Below the pieces are notes generated by a model. That model had not been told where the DNA came from and made no database searches. It saw only the letters and a program-made list of their open reading frames with translations. Both the position numbers and the translations under genes were made by a program. This document shows, in pieces, positions 11,204-22,339 of a stretch of DNA of 64,000 nucleotides. The first letter of the stretch is position 1. The number at the start of each line of letters is the position of its first letter. The DNA is from a bacterium (lineage in GTDB: Bacteria > UBA8248), in the NCBI GenBank assembly GCA_965200245.1, contig CBDATS010000004.1, positions 1,376,001 to 1,440,000 on the forward strand, in the 5' to 3' direction.

Positions 11204-11989
11204 CTATCGTTCTCCTTCCAGCACCTGGACGCGCTCGACAGAAAACGCCCTTCCGGTATCGGGGTCTATCTCGACGAGCACACCGTTCAACTGTCCCTCC
11301 CCCCCAGCCACTTCGAAGCGACGCGGAAGCCCGGTTATGAATTTTTCGAGAACGATCTCCGTCTTCATCCCGATAATGGAGTTGCGAGGCCCCGTCATGC
11401 CGACATCCGTGATAAAGGCCGTTCCCTTGGGCAGTACTCGCTCGTCCGCCGTTTGAATGTGGGTGTGCGTGCCGAAGACGGCACTTACGCGGCCGTTGAG
11501 ATGCCAGCCCATTGCCACCTTCTCACTCGTGGCCTCCGCGTGAAAATCGACAATGATCATCTTCGTCTCACGGCCTACGCTTTTGATGAGACTGTCGGCT
11601 TCCCGGAAAGGACACTCGATGGGCGGCATGAAGACGCGACCCATGAGGTTCAAGACGGCGAGGCTTCCCTGTTCGGTTTCGAGGACGAAGATACCCTTGC
11701 CCGGCGTTCGGGGAGGGTAATTGCCGGGTCTGAGCAGACGCGGTTCACGCAGAATGAAATCGGACGTCTCCTTGCGGTTCCAGATGTGATTCCCCGATGT
11801 GATGACGTCTGCGCCTGCATCAAGCAGTTCATCCACGTGGGAGTTGTTGAGCCCGAAGCCGCCGGCCGCATTCTCTCCGTTGATGACGCACACGTCCACC
11901 CCGTGTTCTTGCTTGAGCGTGCCCAGATGGGTACAGGCCATGCGGCGGCCCACCTTGCCCGTGACGTCTCCGACAAACAGGAGTCTCAA
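11204..11989 (-). CDS. ymdB: YmdB-like metallophosphoesterase
   Basis: GDVTG, NGENAAGG, TSGNH, DFHAEATSEK, GTHTH, TDVGMTG; downstream of rny. Confidence 0.92.
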   Translation of the reverse strand: MRLLFVGDVTGKVGRRMACTHLGTLKQEHGVDVCVINGENAAGGFGLNNSHVDELLDAGADVITSGNHIWNRKETSDFILREPRLLRPGNYPPRTPGKGIFVLETEQGSLAVLNLMGRVFMPPIECPFREADSLIKSVGRETKMIIVDFHAEATSEKVAMGWHLNGRVSAVFGTHTHIQTADERVLPKGTAFITDVGMTGPRNSIIGMKTEIVLEKFITGLPRRFEVAGGEGQLNGVLVEIDPDTGRAFSVERVQVLEGER

Positions 11990-11996
11990 GACGACC

Positions 11997-13580
11997 TCAA
12001 CGCGCGGTGGCTACGTGGCGGGTCTCACGGATGACGGTGACGAGTATCTCACCCGGATAAGTGCGTTCACTCTCGATTCTCTTGGCTATATCACGCGCCA
12101 GGAAAGTGGCCTGCGAGTCGTTGACCTCATCGGGCAGGACCGACACGCGAATCTCCCGGCCCGCCTGGATGGCGAAGCACTTCTCCACGCCCTTGAATGA
12201 TTCGGCGATCTTCTCCAACGCCTCCAGTCGCTTGATGTAGCTCTCCACCATTTCGCGCCTGGCTCCCGGCCGGGCGGCGGAAAGCGTATCGGCCGCCTTC
12301 ACCAAGATGGATTCGATGCAGTTCGCCTCCTCGTCCTCATGGTGAGAGACGATGGCGTTCAAGACCTCGGGCGGTTCGTTGTAACGCTTGGCGATGTCAA
12401 AGCCGATCTGGACGTGGGAACCCTCGACCTCATGCGTCGCCGCCTTGCCGATGTCGTGAAACAAACCTGCCCGCTTTGCCATTGTGGGGTCGATGCGCAA
12501 CTCGTCCGCCAGCATGCCAGCGAGATAGGCCACCTCTTTTGAGTGCATGAGCGCGTTCTGGCTGTAACTCGTGCGGTACTTGAGCCTCCCGAGCAGGTTC
12601 ACGAGTTCGGGATGCACATCGCCGACTCCGAGTTCCATGATGGCCTCCTCGCCCGCCCGGCGTATCTGGGAGTCGATGTCTCTTTTCGTCTTGTTGACAA
12701 TGTCCTCGATGCGACCCGGATGGATTCTCCCATCCTGCACGAGTGCCTCGAGCGCGAGGCGTGCCGTCTCTCGGCGCACCTTGTCGAAACCCGAAACGAC
12801 GACGGCCTCGGGCGTGTCGTCGATAATCACGTCCACCCCTGTTGCCATCTCAAGGGCACGTATATTTCTCCCTTCACGGCCGATGATGCGGCCCTTCATC
12901 TCATCGGTGGGCAAATCCACTACGCTAACCAGGTTTTCTGCCACGTGTTCGGAGGAAAAGCGTTCCACGGCCAGGGCGAGTGTGTTTTTCGCCCTGGTCT
13001 CCGCGGTATTCCTTGCCTGGCGTTCAAGACGCTGTACCTCGGCGGCGATATCCTGTTTCGCCTCCTCCATGAAGCGATCCATCAGTTCTTTTTTCGCGTT
13101 CTCGACGCTGAGGCCGGAGATTTCCTCGAGTTTTCTGATCTCCTCCTCCTGCAACTGCCTGTAGCGCGCCTCCTCGCGCTTCAAATCCTGTTCCTTTTCG
13201 CTCAAGTCGGCGGCGCGACGCTCAAGCGCCGCTTCCTTGCCTTCCAGGTTTTCACGACGCCTGTCCAGCACCTCTTCGCGCTGGTTCACCCTTTGCTCGA
13301 GTTTTTGCAACTCATCCACACGGGATTTGTTCTCCCGCTCAAAGCGTTCTCTCTCCTGCAGCAACTCTGCCTTGTGTGCGACTTGTGATTCCTGAATCTT
13401 TTGAGCGAGTTCCTTGGCCGCGCTATCGTTCACCTCCTGAATCCGCTTGTCGGCGTCCGCCTCCATGCGGTCCATCGTCTCTTCATGCCGGCGTTGCATC
13501 GCCCGCTTGCTCAACAACACTGCCAAGCACACGAGTACGACGGCAACAACAGCTATTTGCCACAAAGCCACGTTATCCAT
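11997..13580 (-). CDS. rny: Ribonuclease Y
   Basis: N-terminal TM, coiled coil, KH domain ([14 protein letters not shown]), HD domain (HDIGK), [10 protein letters not shown]. Confidence 0.97.
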   Translation of the reverse strand: MDNVALWQIAVVAVVLVCLAVLLSKRAMQRRHEETMDRMEADADKRIQEVNDSAAKELAQKIQESQVAHKAELLQERERFERENKSRVDELQKLEQRVNQREEVLDRRRENLEGKEAALERRAADLSEKEQDLKREEARYRQLQEEEIRKLEEISGLSVENAKKELMDRFMEEAKQDIAAEVQRLERQARNTAETRAKNTLALAVERFSSEHVAENLVSVVDLPTDEMKGRIIGREGRNIRALEMATGVDVIIDDTPEAVVVSGFDKVRRETARLALEALVQDGRIHPGRIEDIVNKTKRDIDSQIRRAGEEAIMELGVGDVHPELVNLLGRLKYRTSYSQNALMHSKEVAYLAGMLADELRIDPTMAKRAGLFHDIGKAATHEVEGSHVQIGFDIAKRYNEPPEVLNAIVSHHEDEEANCIESILVKAADTLSAARPGARREMVESYIKRLEALEKIAESFKGVEKCFAIQAGREIRVSVLPDEVNDSQATFLARDIAKRIESERTYPGEILVTVIRETRHVATAR

Positions 13581-14208
13581 ATTCGCCTCCTGGGGCCATA
13601 TATTCACGTGAGAGGCATCGCAGCGCCTCCCGATCGGTTATCACCCAATCAACGTTGACATCCCATGCGTCGTGTTTCCAGGATTCGCCATTGAGCAACT
13701 GAAACCTGAACCCGGCGCCCACCAGAATAGGGGCGGAGCGCTCCGAGCCGTCACGATGCCCCTGAAAGGTGCGGTCGTAGTATCCGCCGCCGGTTCCCAG
13801 CCGGCCGCCATACAAATCGAACGCAAGGCCGGGGATCACGACCACATCAAGTTCGTTCACATCCAGGGGGGGAATATTGCGGATGGGTTCTGGAATTTGA
13901 AGCGTGCCCGGCTGAAGTTCCGATTCAGGGTCATTCACCGGACAGAAGTGTAAAATTTCTTTCCCCACACGGGGGAAGAAATATGTCCTTTTCGCATTGC
14001 TGCCTTCACTCCAGAGCGACGAAAAATCCATCTCGCCGCGAACCGCCGCATATATTCCGACCCTGCGCGCGCCCATGAATGCAAGAAAAGAATCCAGGCG
14101 CCGTCCCGCCAAGTGGTTCAACACACTGGCCTCGGCAGGGGAAAATCGTTCTCTCATCTCCTTCATTTTCAGCCGAACATCCCGTTTCCTGGTTTCTGAT
14201 TCGGCCAT
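13573..14208 (-). CDS. 5-formyltetrahydrofolate cyclo-ligase
   Basis: IPGLAFDxxGGRLGxGGGYYDR; [11 protein letters not shown]. Confidence 0.9.
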   Translation of the reverse strand: MAESETRKRDVRLKMKEMRERFSPAEASVLNHLAGRRLDSFLAFMGARRVGIYAAVRGEMDFSSLWSEGSNAKRTYFFPRVGKEILHFCPVNDPESELQPGTLQIPEPIRNIPPLDVNELDVVVIPGLAFDLYGGRLGTGGGYYDRTFQGHRDGSERSAPILVGAGFRFQLLNGESWKHDAWDVNVDWVITDREALRCLSREYMAPGGEYG

Positions 14209-14291
14209 GAACCCTCTTTCAACGCCAAACCCGAGTCCCTTGCGCGCGAGACCGGAAATATCGACCGCAGACTCAGGCGCTATGTCAGTAA

Positions 14292-14471
14292 TGACCCCGC
14301 CTTGTGCCGTGTGAAGTTCGCTTTGAACCCAGCTTTCGCCAGGTGGGCGTCCACATCCATGGCTTTAGGCCGAAATCCCCGAGAGGAATAGCTCACCACC
14401 GTGGGGCAGGACTCCCGTTACAATAGTACTGGGTCAAAATGCTTTGCCCCATCACGTACACGGCAGGGTCA
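14292..14471 (-). ncRNA. ssrS: 6S RNA (SsrS)
   Basis: About 180 nt in the classic zapA-6S-ygfA position. On the minus strand the 5' end UGACCCUGCCGUGUACGUG pairs with the 3' end CACGGCACAAGGCGGGGUCA, and inner UUUGACCCAG pairs with CUGGGUUCAAA. Confidence 0.85.
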
Positions 14472-14547
14472 AAAACAAAAGAGCATTATGACACTAAAAC
14501 CAGGGGATGAATACAGGGAAAAACTACTGCGTGGAGAAAACGATTGT

Positions 14548-14826
14548 TCAGCGCGCTTTTCTCACCATCTCCAGCAAAGAATCAGCGCGTTGGGAGAGGA
14601 CTTCCTCACTTCGTTGTTTCTTTTTTCTCTCCTCGAACAACTCGTTGGCGATGTTCATTGACGCCAGCAATGCGACCTTTATCGGATCGTTCGACTGACG
14701 TGAGACCTTGTGAATTTGAGAATCCACATATTCGGCGAGTTGCAACGTGTAACCCGTGTCGGCCGAACTTCTCAGGTTCAGGGAATGACCAAATATCTCT
14801 ACCACGAATGTATTCTCCCCGGCCAT
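14548..14826 (-). CDS. zapA: Cell division protein ZapA
   Basis: VEIFG..L, LAEYVD, VALLASMNIANEL; synteny with 6S RNA. Confidence 0.88.
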   Translation of the reverse strand: MAGENTFVVEIFGHSLNLRSSADTGYTLQLAEYVDSQIHKVSRQSNDPIKVALLASMNIANELFEERKKKQRSEEVLSQRADSLLEMVRKAR

Positions 14827-14870
14827 AAGCAGTCTCCTTATTGCCGTTATCCTCTATATCCTGCGACGAA

Positions 14871-15125
14871 CTACTCAATGTGCGTCAGAATCTTCTCCAC
14901 ACGCTCCCGAACATCGGCCAGTTCTTTTTGAAGCCGTGTGTTCTCCGCCTGACATTTTGCCAATTCGTCAGCCTGGACGCGCACGGACTGGGATTCGGTG
15001 CGGGCCTCTTCCTTAAGATTTTGGAGTTGCGTCTCCAACTCCGCACGTGAACCCTTCAGGGCGTTACGTTCCTCCAAAAGATTCGTGAGCGCGGTTTCAA
15101 GGGCATTTAATTTATCGATGACCAT
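14871..15125 (-). CDS. ZapB-like coiled-coil protein
   Basis: 84-aa all-coiled-coil ORF between pheT and zapA. Confidence 0.65.
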   Translation of the reverse strand: MVIDKLNALETALTNLLEERNALKGSRAELETQLQNLKEEARTESQSVRVQADELAKCQAENTRLQKELADVRERVEKILTHIE

Positions 15126-15215
15126 TCAGCCACTCTTTCCAAGGGCGAAAAAAACAATTTCGACAGTACGTTGAAATAATTTTAGGTTCGGACATAATCG
15201 GTGTCAAGGAAGCCA

Positions 15216-17627
15216 TCATGAGCGCAGCCGCGCACCCAGTCGCTCGCCCAACGCCCCGACAATTTCATCGAACGCTTCGCCGACTTGTTCGTCGGTGAGT
15301 GTGGCCTCAGGATTTCGGAACACAAGCGAATAGGCCAGACTTTTCTCTGCCGAGGCCTTGAGAGCAGCGTCCTGATAGACATCGAACAGATTCACCGACT
15401 CGAGCCAGTCTCCCCCCGACCGGCGTATGAGTTCTTCTACCTCACCATTGGTCCGTGTTGTGTCCACCACGACCGCCAGATCGCGCAGTGAGGCCGGGTA
15501 CCTCGGCAAGGGATTTAATCGACGGGGAGCGGTTTCGATTTCCGACAATGTGCCGAGGCTAATTTCGAAAGCGGCCACACCCGTCTCGATGTCCCAGATG
15601 GCCATCGCCTCTTGCGCCACCAGACCGACGTGGCCAAGCGTCGCATCGCCGGCGAGAATCCTGGAAACCGCCGATGGTGCCCAACCCGGAGCGGTTTCGA
15701 CCGGCTCGAACAGGAGATTCTCCAGCTTCAGGGATGCGAGAAAGCGCTCGAGCACCCCTTTGAGTTCGGACAAAGCCGCTGGAAGCGACACGCCATCTCC
15801 TGACGCTGTGTCACCGCCACTGACACCCCCCAGTCGCAGCACCTGCTTCGGCAAGGTTTCTCCATCCGATGGATGAAACGTGCGTCCCAGCTCAAACAGG
15901 CGTATGTCGCTTGTGCCGCGGCTCAGGTTGTGTGCCACATTCGCGAGCAAGCCCGCGAGCAGCGTGGTTCTGAGCACGTCCATCTCGCCGCTCAGGGGAT
16001 TGCGCAGTGCCACCATCTGCTCATCGCGCCATCCCATGCGCCCCAGATCCCCTTTGCTCACGAAGCTGTAGTTGAGCGCCTCGCTGAAGCCTCCGGCCAC
16101 CATGAACCTTCGTGCCTGAAGTTCCAGCTTGCGGGTGCGCGTAGGCCTTGCGGGAGGGCTTCCCGAAGCTGGGAGAGTGGCGGGTATGTTCTCATAGCCC
16201 ACCCTTCTGCCTACCTCTTCGATGAGATCGATTTCGCGCTCGATGTCGGGCCGGAAAGTGGGAACCTCGACACTGAAGATGTCTTCTTCCTGCTCGTTTA
16301 CGATAAGTCCCAGGGATTCGAGACTCTGTCTCACCCGGGGGCCTTCCAGGGGAACGCCGAGCAGCCTGGACGCACGTGCCACCCGAATCGGCACCAGCCG
16401 GGGCAAAATAGGCGTGGGATGTATATCCACCACACCCCGGGCGACTGCGCCGCCCGCAGTCTGGCGAATGAGTTCGATGGCCATATCCGCCGCTCGCACC
16501 GTGCCCGAGGGGTCCACGCCCCTCTCGAAGCGATACGACGCCTCGGTCGACATGCCCAGACGCCTGCGGGTGCGGCGGATGGTCTGGGGTGTGAAATAGG
16601 CGCTTTCCAGCAGGATGTCCCGGGTGTCATCGCTCACCTCGGAATAGAGTCCCCCCATCACGCCACCGATGGCGACGGGCTTTTCACCGTCACAGATCAT
16701 GAGGTCTTCACAGTCCATCCCGCGCTGTTGGCCGTCGAGCGTGGTGAAGGGGCCGTCGTTCTCCTCCCAACGTCTCACGATGATTTTATGCTCAGCGAGG
16801 CGGTGCAGATCGAACGCGTGGAGCGGCTGTCCGAGTGAGAGCATCACGTAGTTCGTCACGTCGACCACGTTGTTGATCGGCCTCATCCCAGCCGCACGCA
16901 GACGCCGTGCCATCCATCCGGGCGATGGGCGGATTTCCGCGTCTTGGATGATGCGGGCAGCGTAGCGAGGACATTTGTCCGGCTCCCAAATCTCCACCGC
17001 ACATACCGACGCGGCGGAAGTTCTCTCATCCTCTTCGACGGAAATCTCAGGCGACTTGAGCGAAGTTCCCAAAAGAGCCGCCGCCTCACGCGCCACACCG
17101 ATGACAGAGAGACAATCCGCGCGGTTCGGCGTGATCGAGATGTCAAAAATCACGTCGCTCAGACCCAGGAACTTCGCAGCGTCTGCTCCTATCTCCTGTT
17201 CTTTGTCAAGCAACATGATGCCGCCATGATCCCTCCCCAAACCGAGTTCGCGTTCCGAGCAAATCATCCCTTCGCTCTGCTCGCCGCGAATCCTGGCCAC
17301 TTCGATTTTCATCCCGCCGGGCATCCGCACCCCGGGTGTGGCCAGCACGACGCGCTCTCCCGCCGCGACGTTGGGCGCACCGCATACCACGGAATGCTCC
17401 CCCGCGCCGTCCGCCACGCGGCAGATTTTCAACCTGTCCGCATTGGGATGGGGGTCGACCGACATGATTTCAGCCACCACGAGCCCCTCGAACGACGCAT
17501 CGGGCCGTTCGAGCGCCTCGACCTCGAGACCGGCAAGCAGAAGCCCGTTCGCCAGCCGATCGGGCAGTTCGGGGTCTTCCATATCCAGGTCGATGAAATC
17601 GGCGAGCCATTCCAGGCTAATCCGCAT
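15216..17627 (-). CDS. pheT: Phenylalanyl-tRNA synthetase beta subunit
   Basis: HPNADRL, VVCGAPN, ITPNRADCLS, INNVVDVTNY, RFERGVD, DLIEEV, FDX-ACB C-terminal domain. Confidence 0.98.
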   Translation of the reverse strand: MRISLEWLADFIDLDMEDPELPDRLANGLLLAGLEVEALERPDASFEGLVVAEIMSVDPHPNADRLKICRVADGAGEHSVVCGAPNVAAGERVVLATPGVRMPGGMKIEVARIRGEQSEGMICSERELGLGRDHGGIMLLDKEQEIGADAAKFLGLSDVIFDISITPNRADCLSVIGVAREAAALLGTSLKSPEISVEEDERTSAASVCAVEIWEPDKCPRYAARIIQDAEIRPSPGWMARRLRAAGMRPINNVVDVTNYVMLSLGQPLHAFDLHRLAEHKIIVRRWEENDGPFTTLDGQQRGMDCEDLMICDGEKPVAIGGVMGGLYSEVSDDTRDILLESAYFTPQTIRRTRRRLGMSTEASYRFERGVDPSGTVRAADMAIELIRQTAGGAVARGVVDIHPTPILPRLVPIRVARASRLLGVPLEGPRVRQSLESLGLIVNEQEEDIFSVEVPTFRPDIEREIDLIEEVGRRVGYENIPATLPASGSPPARPTRTRKLELQARRFMVAGGFSEALNYSFVSKGDLGRMGWRDEQMVALRNPLSGEMDVLRTTLLAGLLANVAHNLSRGTSDIRLFELGRTFHPSDGETLPKQVLRLGGVSGGDTASGDGVSLPAALSELKGVLERFLASLKLENLLFEPVETAPGWAPSAVSRILAGDATLGHVGLVAQEAMAIWDIETGVAAFEISLGTLSEIETAPRRLNPLPRYPASLRDLAVVVDTTRTNGEVEELIRRSGGDWLESVNLFDVYQDAALKASAEKSLAYSLVFRNPEATLTDEQVGEAFDEIVGALGERLGARLRS

Positions 17628-17659
17628 CGGGTTTCCTCATTGTGCGCGGGATTCCAAAA

Positions 17660-18766
17660 TCAGAATTGCCGCAACATTCTCAAATCGTTTTCAAAGAAAA
17701 GTCGGATGTCGCTGATGCCGTAGCGCAGCATGGTGATGCGTTCCACCCCCAGACCCCAGGCGAATCCGGTCCATCGCTCGGGGTCATATCCCACCGCTTC
17801 GAATACTGCCGGATCCACCATGCCCGCACCGAGGACTTCCATCCATTCCCCGTCCGCCACATGTTCGCTGGCGATGTCCACCTCGACGCTCGGCTCGGTG
17901 AAGGGGAAGAAACTGGGCCTCAGTCGCACGCGGTACTCCGGTCCGAAGATTTCACGTACGAAAGCCTCAAGCGTCCCCTTGAGATCTGCGAACGTGACAC
18001 CCTCATCGACGTAGAGACCCTCTATCTGGTGAAACATGGGTGAGTGCGTGACGTCGGCGTCGCAACGGAAAACCTTGCCGGGTGCGATGACCTTCACGGG
18101 CGGCGGCTGGCTTTCCATCACCCGAATCTGGACGGGCGAGGTGTGCGTGCGCAAAAGAGCGTCGCCGGTGAGATAAAACGTATCTTGCATATCGCGAGCG
18201 GGGTGATCCTTGGGGATGTTCAGGGCCTCGAAGTTGTAATAGTCGAGTTCTGCCTCAGGGCCTTCGGCTACGGAATAGCCCAGGCGCGTGAGCACCTCGA
18301 TCAAATCCTCCATCGTCTGGACGAGGGGATGCTCGTGGCCGATGAGTGGTGCACGTCCGGGAATCGTGAGGTCGAGTCGTGATTGGGCGGCGACATCGGC
18401 GGCCCCGAGAATCTCGTTCGTTCGCTGTTCGATCAACTCACACAACGCGCCACCCGCTTCCCTGTTTTTCAGGCTCTCGCCGAGGACGCGGTACGCTTCG
18501 ATTATCTTGTCCCTGTCATTTTCCCTGATGGCAGAGACGCTTGCCTCGATGTAGGCGCGAATGGAGTTGGCCAGAGGCCCGACGATGCGCTTCTCCTGCG
18601 CTGACAAATCCTTGAGACCCCGCATCACTTCGTTGAGCACACCGCCCTTGCGGCCCAGATAGCGGATGCGCACTGCCTGGGCCGCCCCCGCGTCGCGGGC
18701 AGTCCAGGCGTCCGACAACGCGCCTGAGGATTCACGGATAATGTCGACAAGCCGGTCTTCGCTCAT
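17660..18766 (-). CDS. pheS: Phenylalanyl-tRNA synthetase alpha subunit
   Basis: HPARDMQDTF, LRTHTSPVQ, FHQIEGL, FPFTEPS, GLGVER. Confidence 0.97.
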   Translation of the reverse strand: MSEDRLVDIIRESSGALSDAWTARDAGAAQAVRIRYLGRKGGVLNEVMRGLKDLSAQEKRIVGPLANSIRAYIEASVSAIRENDRDKIIEAYRVLGESLKNREAGGALCELIEQRTNEILGAADVAAQSRLDLTIPGRAPLIGHEHPLVQTMEDLIEVLTRLGYSVAEGPEAELDYYNFEALNIPKDHPARDMQDTFYLTGDALLRTHTSPVQIRVMESQPPPVKVIAPGKVFRCDADVTHSPMFHQIEGLYVDEGVTFADLKGTLEAFVREIFGPEYRVRLRPSFFPFTEPSVEVDIASEHVADGEWMEVLGAGMVDPAVFEAVGYDPERWTGFAWGLGVERITMLRYGISDIRLFFENDLRMLRQF

Positions 18767-18801
18767 GTCTGGTTCTCAAGTCCCATCCATTCGGGCAACA
18801 T

Positions 18802-18832
18802 AAAAAAGGCTCCACCCGGCAGGGTGGAGCCT
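18802..18832 (-). terminator. Rho-independent terminator after rplT
   Basis: 11-bp stem AGGCTCCACCC/GGGTGGAGCCT with a 4-nt loop, followed by a U-tract on the minus strand. Confidence 0.85.
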
Positions 18833-18851
18833 GAAGCACTTCTCCCTGGCT

Positions 18852-19208
18852 CTAGGCGGCTTGCGCCTTGGCGATTTCCACGAGTTTGCCGAAAGCCGGG
18901 GGATCATTGATCGCCATATCGGCCAGTATCTTGCGGTTCACTTCCACGCCCGCTTGGCCCAGTCCCCAGATGAAGCGGTTGTAGTTGAGGCCATGCAGCC
19001 GGGCCGCCGCATTGATGCGCACATTCCAGAGGCGCCTGAACTCGCGCTTGCGTACCCGGCGGTCACGATAGGCGTAAGCGCGGGCGCGGTGCACGGACTC
19101 CCGGGCGGAGCGAAAGCGTTTCGAGCGCGCGCCCCGAAAGCCCTTCGCTTCCTTGAGAAGCCTGCGATGTCTCTCCCTGCCCGCCGGTTTTCCTGTCGAA
19201 CGCGGCAT
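18852..19208 (-). CDS. rplT: 50S ribosomal protein L20
   Basis: [34 protein letters not shown]. Confidence 0.98.
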   Translation of the reverse strand: MPRSTGKPAGRERHRRLLKEAKGFRGARSKRFRSARESVHRARAYAYRDRRVRKREFRRLWNVRINAAARLHGLNYNRFIWGLGQAGVEVNRKILADMAINDPPAFGKLVEIAKAQAA

Positions 19209-19441
19209 GATTCTGTTACTCCCTCAACGGTGATTTTCTTTCATAGCCCCGGAGTCCGCCCGGAATTTTCAAACAATCCCGGCGACCGACCGAGGGGGAC
19301 TATACCCCCACGGACAAATGACCGCAAGCCCGATGCGTCGGAAAAAAAGAGCGAACTACCTTTATTTGACCACCGGATTGCTCATCTGCCTCCCGATCCG
19401 GGGAAACGACGGAGGTGCCTCAACGATGTGTCGCGAAAAGG

Positions 19442-19639
19442 CTACATATAAGGAATGAGCCGCTTGATCATCTTCGCGCCCGTGGGATTCGCGATGGTGC
19501 TGTGGCGTAGTTCCCGTTTTCTTTTCGTCGTCTTCTTCGTCAGGATATGACGGTGATGGGAGCGGTTGCGCCTCACCTTGCCCGTGGCCGTGATCTTGAA
19601 GCGCTTGGCTGCTCCGCGATTCGTCTTCATCTTAGGCAT
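19442..19639 (-). CDS. rpmI: 50S ribosomal protein L35
   Basis: [21 protein letters not shown]. Confidence 0.98.
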   Translation of the reverse strand: MPKMKTNRGAAKRFKITATGKVRRNRSHHRHILTKKTTKRKRELRHSTIANPTGAKMIKRLIPYM

Positions 19640-20336
19640 CTTCTTTCACTTCTCCTTCGGGTTTCTTTTTCTCCGCTCCCTCGTCCGGGCCGAGTTCAAT
19701 CTGTGCTCCCTTGAGCGCATCGGCCAGAGGGGTCGTCAATTTCCCTTCGTCCATCGAGACGCCTTCTGCTTTCCGGCCCGATTTCTTTCGCGGCGTTGTA
19801 TCCTTTTTGGGCGGTTTTGTCGATTTCGGCGCGAGCACCATCGTCATGTTACGGCCTTCGAGGTTGGGAAACTGCTCCACCGTGCCGATTTCGATGAGTT
19901 CGTTCGCCATTCTTTCCAGTAGTTTTCGGCCTAGTTCGGGGTGCGTCACCTCGCGGCCGCGGAACATTATGGTGACTTTCGCCTTGTTGCCGTCGTTCAG
20001 AAAACGCTCCGCGTGTTTTCTCTTGATCGCGTAGTCGTGCTCTTCAATCTTGATGCGAAGCTTGACTTCTTTCACCTCTACCACGCGCTGTTTCTTCTTG
20101 GCTTCCTGTGCCTTTTTCTGCTGAGTGTATTTGTAGCGGCCCAAGTCCATGATTTTGCATACGGGCGGGTCCGCGTTGGGAGAAACCTCGACGAGATCGA
20201 GATCCCGGTCTTCGGCAGCTTCCACCGCCTCCTCTGCGGTGAGAACGCCGAGCTGCTGGCCGTCCTCGTCGATGACACGCACCATCGGCACGCGAATGTC
20301 CCGGTTGGCTCTTGGGCCCGTGGCAGTCGGGTGGAT
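19632..20336 (-). CDS. infC: Translation initiation factor IF-3 (probable ATC start; an in-frame ATG at 20363 is the alternative)
   Basis: [32 protein letters not shown]; AGAGGA-6 nt-ATC right after the thrS stop. Confidence 0.93.
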   Translation of the reverse strand: MHPTATGPRANRDIRVPMVRVIDEDGQQLGVLTAEEAVEAAEDRDLDLVEVSPNADPPVCKIMDLGRYKYTQQKKAQEAKKKQRVVEVKEVKLRIKIEEHDYAIKRKHAERFLNDGNKAKVTIMFRGREVTHPELGRKLLERMANELIEIGTVEQFPNLEGRNMTMVLAPKSTKPPKKDTTPRKKSGRKAEGVSMDEGKLTTPLADALKGAQIELGPDEGAEKKKPEGEVKEDA

Positions 20337-20346
20337 GTCCCGTCCT

Positions 20347-22242
20347 CTAAAGCGTGAGGCCATATCCGACCGCTCCCGTGGTGAGTGATTTCGTTTCGAT
20401 GTCGCTTCGCATTCTCTGCATAAGTTCCTCCAGTGAAATGGATCCCACGTCGCCTTGTTCACGAAGCCTGAGGGACACTCCCCCTGTTTCCGCCTCGCGG
20501 GCGCCGAGGATGAGCATATACGGTATCTTGTCTCTCTGAGCTTCCCTTATTTTATACCCAATCTTCTCGTTTCGGAAATCCCCTTCGGCGCGGATACTTG
20601 CGGCGAGCAGTTTGCGCTCCACCTCACGGCCGTAGGAGATGGAATCGTCGGTGATTGTCATGATGCGTGCCTGTTCGGGCGCGAGCCACGTCGGGAACGC
20701 CCCTGCGTAGTGCTCTATCAGTCCGCCCACGAAACGTTCCATCGAACCCATTACGGTTCTGTGGATCATCACGACCTTGTGACGCGCGCCATCGGCGCCG
20801 ACATAGTTGAGGTCGAATCGCTTGGGCAGGTTGAAATCGAATTGAATGGTCGGGCCTTGCCAGCCGCGTCCGAGAGCGTCGCGCATCTTGATATCGATTT
20901 TCGGCCCGTAGAACGCCGCCTCGCCCTCGATGCGCTTGTAGGAGATGCCTCGCTTTTCGAGTGCCCTGGTGAGTGCCGCTTCCGCCGCTTCCCAATCCCC
21001 GACCACGCCGGCGTACTTGCTGAAATCAGAACTGTCGTGCACCGAGAGTTCGGTCTCGAAATCCTCGTAGCCGAACGTATTGAGCATGAAATGGGCCAGA
21101 TCGATGACGCCCAGCACCTCGTCTTCGGCCTGTTCCGGCGTGCAAAAGATGTGCGCGTCGTCCTGGGTGAAGCCCCGCACCCGGAGCATGCCATGCAACG
21201 CGCCGCTTCGTTCGTAGCGGTAGACTGTACCCAGTTCCGCCAGGCGGTAGGGCAGATCGCGGTAGCTGTGGATCTTCTGCTGGTAAATCAGGATGTGGCC
21301 CGGGCAGTTCATGGGCTTCAAGACGTATTCATCCTCGTCGATGTTCAGCACATACATGTTTTCCCGGTAGAAATCATAATGCCCGGAAGTCTTGAAGAGC
21401 ACGTCGCGCGTGATATGGGGGATGGAGACGAGTTGGTAGCCGCGCTTTACGTGTTCATCCTCCCAAAAGCGCTCGATCACCTTCTTGACGGTCGTGCCCC
21501 GGGGTTGCCAGTAGATGAGACCACCGCCCGCGCCCTCATCGACCAGGAAGATGCCGAGTTGCTTGCCGATGACGCGGTGATCTCTCTTTTTGGCGTCCTC
21601 GAGTTTTTGCAGTTGGTCGGCCAGTTCTTCTTTGGTCGCGAAGGCGGTGCCATAGATGCGCTGGAGCATCTTGTTCTTCTCATCGCCGCGCCAGTAGGCA
21701 CCCGCCACACTCAGGAGCTTGAAGTTGCGCAGCCAGCCCGTGCCTGGAACGTGTGGCCCCCGGCACAGATCCACGAAGTCGCCCTGGCGGTAGATGGAAA
21801 GCGCCTCGTCTTCGGGTAAATCGTGAATCATCTCTATCTTGTAGCTCTCGCCCCTTTCCTCGAAAAGGGCCAGCGCATCCTCGCGCGAGATGTCCTCGCG
21901 CTCGATGGCGTATTTCTTCTTGGCGAGCTTTTTCATTCTTGCCTCGATCGTCTTCAAGTCCTCGGGCGTGAAGGTGACGTCGATGTCGATGTCGTAATAA
22001 AACCCGTTTTCGATCGGAGGGCCGATGGTCAGTTGTGCGTTCGGGTAAAGTTCCTGCACCGCTTGGGCCATGAGGTGCGCCGTGCTATGGCGCAGTATCT
22101 CCAAGCCCTCCTCGGAATCGAGCAGGATGAACTCCGGTTTGGCGTCGTCGGGAAGACCGCATTTCAGATCAACGGGTTCTCCGCCAATCTTCAGCGCGAT
22201 GACATCTTTGGGAAAGTCTTTTCGCTTGGTTTGCTGGGACAT
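20347..22242 (-). CDS. thrS: Threonyl-tRNA synthetase
   Basis: RHSTAHLMAQAV, DLCRGPHVP, KPMNCPGH, RVRGFTQDDAH, AFYGPKID. Confidence 0.98.
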   Translation of the reverse strand: MSQQTKRKDFPKDVIALKIGGEPVDLKCGLPDDAKPEFILLDSEEGLEILRHSTAHLMAQAVQELYPNAQLTIGPPIENGFYYDIDIDVTFTPEDLKTIEARMKKLAKKKYAIEREDISREDALALFEERGESYKIEMIHDLPEDEALSIYRQGDFVDLCRGPHVPGTGWLRNFKLLSVAGAYWRGDEKNKMLQRIYGTAFATKEELADQLQKLEDAKKRDHRVIGKQLGIFLVDEGAGGGLIYWQPRGTTVKKVIERFWEDEHVKRGYQLVSIPHITRDVLFKTSGHYDFYRENMYVLNIDEDEYVLKPMNCPGHILIYQQKIHSYRDLPYRLAELGTVYRYERSGALHGMLRVRGFTQDDAHIFCTPEQAEDEVLGVIDLAHFMLNTFGYEDFETELSVHDSSDFSKYAGVVGDWEAAEAALTRALEKRGISYKRIEGEAAFYGPKIDIKMRDALGRGWQGPTIQFDFNLPKRFDLNYVGADGARHKVVMIHRTVMGSMERFVGGLIEHYAGAFPTWLAPEQARIMTITDDSISYGREVERKLLAASIRAEGDFRNEKIGYKIREAQRDKIPYMLILGAREAETGGVSLRLREQGDVGSISLEELMQRMRSDIETKSLTTGAVGYGLTL

Positions 22243-22339
22243 AAACGGGCGTTGGCTGGCGCCGCAATCTCCTCTGGAAGTTCCTCGAATCGCTATCCTT
22301 GCGATGTGGCAGCGATTCGCCCCACCGTCAATTCCATCA

